From: an uncultured Spartobacteria bacterium
Lineage (GTDB): Bacteria > Verrucomicrobiota > Verrucomicrobiia > Chthoniobacterales > Chthoniobacteraceae
Assembly: GCA_903901425.1 (NCBI GenBank)
Contig: CAIURC010000078.1
Span: 29,828 to 93,827, forward strand
DNA length: 64,000 nt
Reading direction: 5' to 3'
How positions within the stretch are numbered: the first letter of the stretch is position 1; each line of letters begins with the position of its first letter. Position numbers and translations under genes: made by a program. Shown piece by piece: positions 34,951 to 43,985 of the stretch. The notes under the pieces were generated by a model. That model was given only the letters and a program-made list of their open reading frames with translations, made no database searches and was not told the DNA's origin.

Positions 34951-35928
34951 CAGAATATCACCGGATCCGGCAAATGCTTTGCGGTAGAATGCCCAGTTCT
35001 CGTCACCCAGCAATTGGAAGACCCGCTCCGGATCATGGCCGACGCCGGGAATAACGGTCCAGGAGTGTGGAATCCCGAGGGATTCAAGGTGGCGGTGAAA
35101 GGCGAGGTTGTTGCCAAACGTTTCGTCCTTCTCGCCGATCACCATGCGTACGAGCGTGCCCTGCGCAATCGCCTGCGCGTTGCGTTCGGCGAGGACACGC
35201 GGGCTCGCCTCCCGGAAAACCTTCTGGTCACCGCCGAACGCCCGGCGCAGGAGATCCTCCGCCTGAATCCGGCTCGCGCGGGGCGTGCTGTTGAGCTCCG
35301 GTTGCAGTGGGCCGGCGCCCACGAGGGAGGCGGCATGGAAAAGTTCCGGATATTTGAAAGCCAACCGGGCGGAGCCGTAGCCGCCCATGCTGAATCCATC
35401 GAGCAGACGCCCCTCTCTGGAGGCTAGAGTCCGATAAGTGGCGTCGATGTGCGGCAGAAGATCCCGGAGGATCATCGACTCCACCGGAGTGGACCCGTCG
35501 GCCCAGTCGACATACATGCCCATCGGGAGGCCGTTGACAAAGACAACCAGGCACGGTGGCGCTTTGCCTTCCCGAATCGCCCGGTCGAACCGGGCTGCAA
35601 CAGACGAGATGCCCGGCAGGCCGCCGCCGGAACCATGCAGCCAGTAGACCACAGGGAACCGGCGTTCAGGCTCTGCCTCGTAGGCCGCTGGAAGATACAC
35701 ATGGTAACTCACCTCGCCCTTGGTGGAAGCGCTGTGGAAAACATGGTGGGAAACCCCTTGTGCTTTGATTGCGGGCGTCACCCAGTCCCTGCCAGGGCTC
35801 AAGGCGTGGGGCGTCTTTTCCGGGTCCGACTGGCCCCGGGCTGCGGACGAAAGAAGGGCCAGCGCCGCTGCAAAGAGGCTCCGGAAGAAACAGGCTGCAG
35901 CTTTCATGGTGTGAGAGGAAAACTTCAT
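34909..35928 (-). CDS. Secreted alpha/beta-hydrolase (putative esterase family)
   Basis: YHVYLP, PVVYWLHGSGG, nucleophile GFSMGG, GVGH; signal peptide. Confidence 0.88.
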   Translation of the reverse strand: MKFSSHTMKAAACFFRSLFAAALALLSSAARGQSDPEKTPHALSPGRDWVTPAIKAQGVSHHVFHSASTKGEVSYHVYLPAAYEAEPERRFPVVYWLHGSGGGLPGISSVAARFDRAIREGKAPPCLVVFVNGLPMGMYVDWADGSTPVESMILRDLLPHIDATYRTLASREGRLLDGFSMGGYGSARLAFKYPELFHAASLVGAGPLQPELNSTPRASRIQAEDLLRRAFGGDQKVFREASPRVLAERNAQAIAQGTLVRMVIGEKDETFGNNLAFHRHLESLGIPHSWTVIPGVGHDPERVFQLLGDENWAFYRKAFAGSGDILAVPHDRARDPDHR

Positions 35929-36092
35929 GCGGGTGGCGCCCCAATGGAAGACGCGGATGAATTGGTTTTGGTTACGGGGCGTTCATGGCTGAGGCGTGGG
36001 GGGGCGTGCGCGAACAGGGCTGGCGGCGGGATTTTTTGGTGGCAACAGACATCCATCTGCGGCCTCGGTTGCGTTTCTTTTTTTGGGAACCC

Positions 36093-36455
36093 ATGAACGA
36101 ATCCACGAACACCACAAATTCCATAAATCCCACGGACTCCACGGACACCATAAACTCCACGAACGCTATGAATTCCATGAATGCCGAGCCATCCACGCAG
36201 GGCTGCAGGGAGGGCTGCCCCTGTGTGAACCAACGAAACGTCCGCATCCTGTCCGATGTCTGTCTGGGCCTCGGTTTTGCCAGCATTCTGCTTTCGGTCT
36301 TCACTTGGTTTTTCCGGGGGAAGGCGGATCCTGCGCATGGCGAAAGGTCCGGCATTTTCATCGGCCTCTGGGTGCCGAGTTTTTTCATGCTGGCCCACCG
36401 TCTGGCGCGCAAGGCCGAACAGATGCCAGAGATGGCCGAACCCCAGCCCAAATAA
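36093..36455 (+). CDS. Small membrane protein with repetitive N-terminus
   Basis: Two hydrophobic segments, ERSGIFIGLWVPSFF; N-terminus encoded by 9-bp degenerate repeats; start uncertain. Confidence 0.55.
   Translation: MNESTNTTNSINPTDSTDTINSTNAMNSMNAEPSTQGCREGCPCVNQRNVRILSDVCLGLGFASILLSVFTWFFRGKADPAHGERSGIFIGLWVPSFFMLAHRLARKAEQMPEMAEPQPK
36102..36182. repeat. Degenerate 9-bp tandem repeat x9
   Basis: tccacgaac accacaaat tccataaat cccacggac tccacggac accataaac tccacgaac gctatgaat tccatgaat. Confidence 0.8.
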
Positions 36456-36686
36456 CTGCCCAAAAATAACTGCATCTAAATCCGGGTGTTTCCATCCCCT
36501 AGGGTCGGGGGGCGCAACCGGGCGCGGTCTCGCCCGACTTTGGAACCTCCAACCGGTCCCCAGCAAACGGTTTGGCCTCTTTCCTCGGTCCCAGTGAGGC
36601 GGGGCGCAGGATACGGAGGAGTTCTTTCTCAATCAAAATACTGTCCTTGGCTGCGAGGGAGCGGAGCCAGGAGGAGGCGGGGCGGT

Positions 36687-37853
36687 TTATGGCCGGAAAA
36701 AATGGGGCACAAAGCGGCTCAGATTGTCCGTGACCAGACCGTCGGATTCGCGCACGCCCAACCCTGCGGGTTCGTGATCGACCATCCAGCCGCCGATGAC
36801 CGGGCGGCTCCCGGCAAAGTCAGGAAGGTTGGCGAGGGCCTGGTACACAAACCCGTCCTGTCCGTAGTCCCCCGGGGTTTGGGCCACGATTTGTCCATCG
36901 GCCACGACCGTGATGTTGGCTCCTTCCCGGCTGAGCTTGGGCTTTTTGACATAGTCTCGCCCGGCCTGGCTTTCATCCAAAAAGCACGGCAGCAGATTGG
37001 GGTGTCCGCGGTGCAGTTCCCAGGCGCAGGCGAGGATCGCCTTGTTGCTGAGGAGTGCTTTCCATGCCGGCTCGATCCAGAGGGTGGGGGCCTGCGGCAG
37101 GTGCTCGCCTGCGGGTTCCCGCCAGAGCCATTCCCACGGATAGAGTTTGAAGCAGGCGACCAGGGGCGTGGACGGGTCCATACGGTCTGCGTTGGGGCCG
37201 CTGACGAACACCTGGTTTTGCGCGTCCCAGCCGAGGTCCGCGATGTTGCTCCAGCGCGTTTGGAAACCGGCGTTTTGTGCCGTATCCATCAAGTAGGAGA
37301 CCGTCTGCTCATCCTCGGGGTGTCCGGCGACGCTGGTGAAATCCAGCAGGCGCAGGGATGGATTCAGGGTGGCGTAGCGTTTCCACCCTGCAACCAAGCG
37401 CTCGTGAATCGAGTTGAACTGATCCATCTCCGGGCGGGTGTCCTGCAGCCAAAACCACTGCGCCACCGAGGCTTCGACCAGGCTGGTGGGGGTGTCGGCG
37501 TTGTATTCGAGCAGCTTTGGAACCCCGCCCGGCATCCAAGCGAAATCAAAGCGGCCGTAGAGGCTGAAGTCGTCGTTTTCCCACGACTGCAACACCATCG
37601 GAACCGCTTTTTCTGGGATCGCCAGACGCTCCCAGTCGCCCCGGTGAACCACGGTTTCTGCAACATCGATGAGCAGGGCGTGCAATTCGCTCATCGCGCT
37701 TTCCAGTTGGCTCACCTCGGCGGCGGAAAACTCGTAACAGGCAGACTCATTCCAGTAGGCTTGGGATGCAGCTCCCTGGCGGTGGTAGGTCAGACCGATT
37801 TTTTCGACCCGGTCCGGCCAGGCCGGGCGCGGGGTGGAGTCGAGCCGTCTCAT
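36687..37853 (-). CDS. Glutathionylspermidine synthase-like ATP-grasp protein (YgiC/YjfC family)
   Basis: YWNE, SLYGRFD, KLLEYNADTPTSL, QFNSIHE, KLYPWEW, LSNKA, KP..SREGAN, FVPH. Confidence 0.92.
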   Translation of the reverse strand: MRRLDSTPRPAWPDRVEKIGLTYHRQGAASQAYWNESACYEFSAAEVSQLESAMSELHALLIDVAETVVHRGDWERLAIPEKAVPMVLQSWENDDFSLYGRFDFAWMPGGVPKLLEYNADTPTSLVEASVAQWFWLQDTRPEMDQFNSIHERLVAGWKRYATLNPSLRLLDFTSVAGHPEDEQTVSYLMDTAQNAGFQTRWSNIADLGWDAQNQVFVSGPNADRMDPSTPLVACFKLYPWEWLWREPAGEHLPQAPTLWIEPAWKALLSNKAILACAWELHRGHPNLLPCFLDESQAGRDYVKKPKLSREGANITVVADGQIVAQTPGDYGQDGFVYQALANLPDFAGSRPVIGGWMVDHEPAGLGVRESDGLVTDNLSRFVPHFFRP

Positions 37854-38371
37854 CAGCTGCCGCCTCCGTGCGAGCTGCCGCCAAAGCCGCCACGAGAAAT
37901 CTGTGAGGAGTGGAAGCTGCTGTGGCCCGCTGATGAGCTTTCACCTCCTGCCGAGGATCCGTGGGCAAAATGTGACGCAGCGCGGGAGGAACCTTGGGTG
38001 CGGGCGGCGGCGACCGCCTCCGGGCTGGGCCGGCTCCGGCTGGGAATCACCCCGTTAAAAGCCGAGGCGTGCCAATCTCCGCCGTAATAATAACCGCGCC
38101 CAGGGATATGCCAATTAAAGGGATACGGATGCCAGTTGTGGGACACGCTGTGGTAATAGCCCGCGCCCGGCGAGAAGCTGTTGTTTTCGAGCTCCTGATC
38201 GGGACTGGGTTCACCGGAGGAAAAGAATTGGTCGGCAGGTTCGGCCGGGCTTTCCTCCTTCTGCGCCTGACACCCGCTCAGACCTGCGGTGGTTGCCAGG
38301 GCTCCCGACAGGAGGAGCGCGATGGTGGTGGAACGCTTCAACGGCAACGCCCTAGTGCATCGCGCTGGCAA
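37853..38371 (-). CDS. Lipoprotein with Gly/Ser-rich tail (YgiB/YjfM-like position)
   Basis: Lipobox LSGC; aromatic core; C-terminal SRGGFGGSSHGGGS; start may lie slightly downstream. Confidence 0.65.
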   Translation of the reverse strand: MPARCTRALPLKRSTTIALLLSGALATTAGLSGCQAQKEESPAEPADQFFSSGEPSPDQELENNSFSPGAGYYHSVSHNWHPYPFNWHIPGRGYYYGGDWHASAFNGVIPSRSRPSPEAVAAARTQGSSRAASHFAHGSSAGGESSSAGHSSFHSSQISRGGFGGSSHGGGS

Positions 38372-38597
38372 TGATAATGCCGCAGGTGATCAGGGCGGCT
38401 CCGTATACAATCGCAGCGGCCGTATTGCCTTCCTTGAACACCAGCACCTCCAGTTTGCCTGGGGTGACCAGATCGAACAGTTTGAGCGCCAGAACGCTCA
38501 GAAGGACACCAAAAATGGCCCAGCCGGCCACGGCAGCGGCGGTGATGAGCAAATCACGGCCCACAGGGATCACGCTTGCGAGAAATGCAGGAGACAT
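38352..38597 (-). CDS. DUF350 family membrane protein
   Basis: FDLVTPG....EGNTAAAIV; two TM helices. Confidence 0.75.
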   Translation of the reverse strand: MSPAFLASVIPVGRDLLITAAAVAGWAIFGVLLSVLALKLFDLVTPGKLEVLVFKEGNTAAAIVYGAALITCGIIIASAMH

Positions 38598-38837
38598 AAA
38601 CAGGGCGTTCAAAGTACCGAAACGGAACCCCATCCGCGATTACAATTAGCCGCGCCGTTTCTTCTGCAACGCGACAGAGCGGTGGCAAGCGGCGCGGCGA
38701 TGCTGCGTCCGATTCGCAGGGACAAATCCTCGCCGCGGACCGTCTGTTTCCGCCGCTCGAACAGCGCCCGACGGGCCGCCGGAATCCGCCGGACCCCGGG
38801 CAGAGACGCTGGCAGGGGCGCAGCTGACAGGCGCGTA

Positions 38838-39566
38838 TCATTTCCGCACAGGGACAAACTTCCCGAGATCCCGCATCGCAACCACCGTGCAGCCCTCGTC
38901 TTTGAGATGCTGCATGTACGCCTCGAACTGCGCGGGCTCCGTGTTCACCCATGGGTGCTTGATGTCCGGCACGCCGTGAAACGTCAGGACGGCAATCTTC
39001 CCTTCTCTCGCCTGCGCCACGGCGGCCTTGAACTGTTCGAGGGTGCTGTCCGGTTTCCCATCAAAAGCCTGGGGCATGAGCAGCGGATTGTCTGTGGAAG
39101 GGTCAAACGCCTTTGCTCCACCGGCTCGCGCAAAGAGGTAGCCGCGCTCGCCCAGCAGTTTTACCGCTCCCTCGCTGGTCGCATAGCCGGGGTAGCAAAA
39201 ACTGACTGGGCGCGGAATGCCGGCTTTGGCGCACTGCGTCTCGATGAACTCCACATCCGAAGCCAGTTGCTCCGGGTTCTGTTTGGTCACGCCGGCATGT
39301 TTCCGCGTGTGATTGCCGATCTCGAAACCCTGTTCGTGCAGCGCCTTGATCTGCTCCCAAGTCATGTAGTGGGTTTTGTCTACGAGAAACTCAAAGCCCT
39401 CGGTGATGAAGAATGTAGCGCCAAAACCATGTTTTTTTAGCAGGGGCGCCACAAAGCTCGGATGGCTGGCCACCGAGTCATCAAAGGTGAGCACCACCAG
39501 CTTGTCCGGCACAGGATCTGCCCGGAGCGAAGCGGTGGCGAGAAGGGTCAACAGGAGGCGTTTCAT
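38838..39566 (-). CDS. Polysaccharide deacetylase (CE4/NodB)
   Basis: LTFDD, ATFFI, EIGNHTRKH, FCYP, LTFH; signal peptide. Confidence 0.9.
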   Translation of the reverse strand: MKRLLLTLLATASLRADPVPDKLVVLTFDDSVASHPSFVAPLLKKHGFGATFFITEGFEFLVDKTHYMTWEQIKALHEQGFEIGNHTRKHAGVTKQNPEQLASDVEFIETQCAKAGIPRPVSFCYPGYATSEGAVKLLGERGYLFARAGGAKAFDPSTDNPLLMPQAFDGKPDSTLEQFKAAVAQAREGKIAVLTFHGVPDIKHPWVNTEPAQFEAYMQHLKDEGCTVVAMRDLGKFVPVRK

Positions 39567-39980
39567 AGGGGCTTAGGGGACACCCATAGGTTCGCTTCTT
39601 TACCACCGGGCGATCAAGACGGCCGCTGATTTTTTCTGAAAAGAACGCGGCCTTCTAAATTACAAATATGAACAGATTCCAAATGACTCGTGATTTAGAA
39701 CGAATCCAAGCGATGAACGGATGAAAAAATCGCTTTTTTGACGGGCTGCCGGGAACTGCGGGAGAGCGGATGGGGCTGGTGGGTTTTGGCGGACTCATTC
39801 TCCGGCAGGCCGCTGCTTTGAGTCTCAGCGCACGGTAAACCCCGAAGATCGTGTCCCCCCTCAAATCTCAGAAAGGAGCTTTGACTCGCATGTTTTTTGC
39901 GGTGTAAGGGGGGCATGAAGCGTTGGGGCATCAGGTACACGCAGTCCACCGGGCCGTGCGAGCGGACCTTGTAGGACGGG

Positions 39981-42900
39981 GTGCACTTGTTGGGAGCGGG
40001 ACCGGGAGTTGAGATTGTGATCGAGGGCGAGGGCGTGGCCGCTGTGCACGCGCGGATTGCGATTTCTGCTGGGGGCGTGTCGGTGGAGAATTTGGCGGGA
40101 CCTGTGGGAGTATGGCTAAACGGTCAGCGGGTGGAGGGGAGCGCTGCGGTTTACGGCAGTTCCCTGATCCGGCTCGGTGACGCGCTTGTGCTTCTTCAGG
40201 AGGAATCGGAGGATCCAGAGGCGCAGCAATGGGGGGCGGCGCTGGCGACCACGATTCCCCTTCTTGGCCGACCACCTGCTCCGGGCGGTGCGGGCTTGCC
40301 AGAGCATGGGGGCGAGGTCTTTGAGGCACTGAGAGGCTTGCAGGAGCGTGAAAAATGCGTTGTGGGTGGCCCGGAAGCCGGTCCAGACGCGCCTCTGAGC
40401 GGCAGCTACCGGCTGGGAGACGAGATTGCGAGGGGTGGGATGGGGGTGATTTTCTACGGCCAAGACGCGCGGCTGAGGCGTGAGGTGGCGATCAAGGTCA
40501 GCCGCGTGGGGGATCACGGGTACGACCCGCGTTTCATTCGGGAAGCGGAGATCTTGGCGTGCTTGGCGCATCCGAACATTGTGCCGATCTACAATCTTGG
40601 GGTGGACGAGTTGGGCAGGCCGTTTTACAGCATGAAACTGATTCGGGGCAGGACGCTGCAAGCCGTGGTGAGGGCGTTGCGCGAGGGGGATCTGGAGGCG
40701 GTGCGAGAGTATGGCCGGGATCGGTTACTCACGGTGTTTAGGAAGGTGTGCGACGCCGTGTCATTCGCCCACAACCGCGGGGTTCTCCATCGGGATCTGA
40801 AGCCCGAAAACGTGATGGTTGGAGAGTATGGCGAGGTGCTGGTCATGGATTGGGGATTAGCCAAGGTGCTGGGAGAGCCGGGGGACTCTCAGCCGAGTCC
40901 CTCCGAGCGGTCGGCCTCGCCGGGCACGGATTTGTCGGAGAGCACTCTCATGAGTCTGGAGGGAGCGGTGATGGGCACCCCGCATTACATGTCTCCAGAG
41001 CAGGCGGAGGGTCGGCTCTCCGAGTTGGATGCCCGTTCCGACGTGTACAGCTTGGGCGCTTTGCTTTTTGCCATTCTCACCCTCCGTCCGCCGGTGGAAG
41101 GGCGGACTGTTGAGGAGGTGCTCGACCGGGTCAAACGGGGTGAAGTGGCGGCCATGGGCCGCGCGGTACGCGACTTGGCGGGTGCGCCGGGGCTGCCGCA
41201 GGAGTCGGCAAGGATTGTAAAACGGGAGTCGGCGCCTGAGGCGCTCATGGCCGTGGTTCGGCGCGCCATGGCGAGGGATCCCGACGCCCGCTATGCCAGC
41301 GCTGCGGAACTCGCCGCAGATGTCGAAGCGTATCAGAGCGGGTTCGCGACGCGTGCGGAGCGGGCCGGAGCACTTCGCCAAATGGTGCTGCTCATGCTCC
41401 GCCACAAGGCGGTGTCGAGCCTTCTTGTGCTGCTCGTGGCGGCGGGCATGGGGTTTGCCGTGCGTCTGGCCGAGAGCGAGAGCCAGGCGCGGAAAAGCGA
41501 AGCGCAGGCGCGGGCGAGCCAGATCCTCGCGATGAAGGAAAAGGAGGAGACCCGCAAAGCCCTTGCAAAATCTCAAATCGCCCTCGCCGAGGCTGCCTAT
41601 CAGGACGAGGATGGAAGCAAGGCCCGCAACGTTCTGGAGCGGGTGCCTGCGGACCTGAGGGACTCAGACTGGCGCTACCTCTTTGATCACACCGACACGT
41701 CCATGGATCTGCCGGGTTTGGATGCGCTCCGGACCGTGGCCGCAGCCGTCCCGCATCCCACGGTGCCCGGGGTGTTCGCCTTTTTTCTCAGAGAAGGCAA
41801 AGTCTGGCTGTTCGATTCGGGAACTGGAAAACGGCTTTTGGAATTCCCTCTGGACCTGCCTCTTTCCTCCCGCAAACAGGGGGATCCGCCGGTCCTGAGT
41901 TTTTCCCCGGATGGCGAGCGGTTGGCGATCGGGTGGCGGGACCGTTTCGGGGTGGGTTTCTACAGCACTCGGACCGGATCGAATCTGGGATCTTTGGATA
42001 CTCTTGGAACGGCCTGCATGGAGTTTTCGGCGGACGGCGCGCAGATTCTGCATCGGGAATTGAACAAAGGCGCAGCAGGTCGGCTCAGGCTTTGGAGCGT
42101 TGCCGAGGGAAAGCCTGTGTGGGAGCGGCCGGTTTCAATCGATTCAGGAAGAGTTTTCCCCGCGTGTTTTGTTCCGGGAACGAACTCGATTTTGGTGGCG
42201 GAACCCGAGGACCGTCTGGAGTTGGTATCCGCGGCCGATGGCTCGACGCTGCGCCGATTTCCTTCGGTGCATTCCGGAGTGGCCGCCTTGGCGGTTCATC
42301 CCAAGGGGCGTGTGGCGGTGGCCGGTGAGGCCAACGGATTTGTGCGCGTCTTGGACATTGAGGAGGGCCGCGTGTTGTTTGAGCACCGGGCCAACTCAGA
42401 CGCGGTGCGCGGTGTTGCCTACTTGCCGGAGGGCGACCGGTTCGCAACGCTTGGCTTCGAGGGGGATGGCCGCGCATCGCTCCGGCTATGGGATGCGACC
42501 AGCGGCTACCTGCTGCCGCCGCTCCTTGGAATGGGTGGGCAGGACCGCTACGGGGGCGCTTTGGTTGTGCATCCCCTCTCGGGGGAGTTGCTGGCCGCTG
42601 CGGGGGAGTCGGTCAAGATATGGGCGGTTTCTCACAATCGTGAAATCTGGAGGCAGGTTCGCACGACCGGTGTTTCCCGGGCTTTTTTCTTCGGGTCAGA
42701 TGACCGTGTGCTTACCCAGTCGCAGCGAGACCCGGACGAACGCAATCCGCTGCCATACGACCTGGGAGTCTGGGATGTGGGCGGGCTGCATCCGCAGGAG
42801 ATCTGGAGTAATCCCAAAGGGCGTTATCTCGGGATGAGCGTGAGCGCAAATGGGGAGCGAGCGGTGGTGCTTGCCCATGAGAGTCCACACCAGGCGTTGG

Positions 42901-43586
42901 TGCTCCGCCGAGAGGGGCCTGGGGTGGCTGTCGCCGCATCTTTCCCGGTGCAGGCGTTTGTAAGAAATATTTTGGAACTCAGCCCTTCCGGCCAACGCCT
43001 TTGGACTGGCAAAGAGGTGTTGGAAACCCAACAAGGCCGGACCCTCTGCAAAATTGAGCGGAGAGGCGTTCCGGAGCGTTTCTTTCCCTCGGTCTGGATC
43101 GACGAGAACCGCCTGGCGGAAGCCATCGAGGTTTCAGGGACGGAAGGATCGTCCTGTTTGCTGAACGTGTGGGACACCCATACAGGAAATTTGCTGTGCA
43201 AAGTGCCGATGCCCGCGGACGTGACGCTCAAAGCACTGGCCGTTTCAAGCGACGGTCGAATGCTCGCAGAGGGCGGTTCCGATCTGAAAATCCGGATCCG
43301 CGACACGGCCACGATGCATGTGCTGAAGCAGTTCCGGGCACACGACCAGGATGTTACAGCGCTGGCTTGGGATCCAACTACGGGCCGGCTTGCCAGCGGC
43401 TCGGCAGATCTTACGGTGCGACTCTGGGACGTCAGCGGCGAGGAACCCAAGCAATGGAGAGAGTTCCGCGGACCCATGAACGCGGTGAAAAGTTTGGCGT
43501 TTAGTCCGTCCGGGCGCCGCTTGCTCTCCCGGGAAGCCTCTGCAAGGGAGGGCGTCACGCGGATGTGGGAACTGGGCGCGAAATAG
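39981..43586 (+). CDS. FHA-like domain - Ser/Thr kinase - TM - WD40 protein
   Basis: EIARGGMG, EVAIK, HRDLKPEN, DWG, GTPHYMSPEQ; WD40 repeats; in-frame ATG at 39915 is separated from the ORF by TAG at 39972. Confidence 0.88.
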   Translation: MHLLGAGPGVEIVIEGEGVAAVHARIAISAGGVSVENLAGPVGVWLNGQRVEGSAAVYGSSLIRLGDALVLLQEESEDPEAQQWGAALATTIPLLGRPPAPGGAGLPEHGGEVFEALRGLQEREKCVVGGPEAGPDAPLSGSYRLGDEIARGGMGVIFYGQDARLRREVAIKVSRVGDHGYDPRFIREAEILACLAHPNIVPIYNLGVDELGRPFYSMKLIRGRTLQAVVRALREGDLEAVREYGRDRLLTVFRKVCDAVSFAHNRGVLHRDLKPENVMVGEYGEVLVMDWGLAKVLGEPGDSQPSPSERSASPGTDLSESTLMSLEGAVMGTPHYMSPEQAEGRLSELDARSDVYSLGALLFAILTLRPPVEGRTVEEVLDRVKRGEVAAMGRAVRDLAGAPGLPQESARIVKRESAPEALMAVVRRAMARDPDARYASAAELAADVEAYQSGFATRAERAGALRQMVLLMLRHKAVSSLLVLLVAAGMGFAVRLAESESQARKSEAQARASQILAMKEKEETRKALAKSQIALAEAAYQDEDGSKARNVLERVPADLRDSDWRYLFDHTDTSMDLPGLDALRTVAAAVPHPTVPGVFAFFLREGKVWLFDSGTGKRLLEFPLDLPLSSRKQGDPPVLSFSPDGERLAIGWRDRFGVGFYSTRTGSNLGSLDTLGTACMEFSADGAQILHRELNKGAAGRLRLWSVAEGKPVWERPVSIDSGRVFPACFVPGTNSILVAEPEDRLELVSAADGSTLRRFPSVHSGVAALAVHPKGRVAVAGEANGFVRVLDIEEGRVLFEHRANSDAVRGVAYLPEGDRFATLGFEGDGRASLRLWDATSGYLLPPLLGMGGQDRYGGALVVHPLSGELLAAAGESVKIWAVSHNREIWRQVRTTGVSRAFFFGSDDRVLTQSQRDPDERNPLPYDLGVWDVGGLHPQEIWSNPKGRYLGMSVSANGERAVVLAHESPHQALVLRREGPGVAVAASFPVQAFVRNILELSPSGQRLWTGKEVLETQQGRTLCKIERRGVPERFFPSVWIDENRLAEAIEVSGTEGSSCLLNVWDTHTGNLLCKVPMPADVTLKALAVSSDGRMLAEGGSDLKIRIRDTATMHVLKQFRAHDQDVTALAWDPTTGRLASGSADLTVRLWDVSGEEPKQWREFRGPMNAVKSLAFSPSGRRLLSREASAREGVTRMWELGAK

Positions 43587-43810
43587 GTCGGTGGCCGGCG
43601 TGCGCGAGTTTTGTGCCAAAGCGCGGGGTTACATCTTGGAATTGATGTTGGCCAACTCGGTGCCAACGGTCTCTACGCGGTCCATGGCACAGACTCTGGC
43701 CGGTGCGGAAACCGGGCATTTCCGGCGTTTAGAGGGGATGAGGCGGTGGAACGGCTCGGAAACCGCCTGGATGCCGGGCGCAACGCCCAGCGGCCTGTGT
43801 TTGGGGAGTC

Positions 43811-43900
43811 TGGCGGATGGGGGGGGATTCGAACCCCCGGTGCCGATTAAAGCACACACGCTTTCCAGGCGAGCACAATAGACCACTCTGTCACCCATCC
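43811..43900 (-). tRNA. tRNA-Ser (GGA)
   Basis: Acceptor GGATGGG/CCCATCC, discriminator G plus encoded CCA, anticodon loop CT-GGA-AA, long variable arm GTGC/GCAC, GGGGG-TTCGAAT-CCCCC T-arm. Confidence 0.96.
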
Positions 43901-43985
43901 ATCTCAGACTGTCGCCCCTTTTTTTTGGCGAAGAGCCGACTATCTTGAAGCAAAATTTCCCGGCATCAAGCCGGATGTTTCAGGT

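Noticed and set aside
39655..39949. Small ORFs in the deacetylase/kinase gap
   Set aside because: No motifs or convincing starts; likely non-coding regulatory DNA
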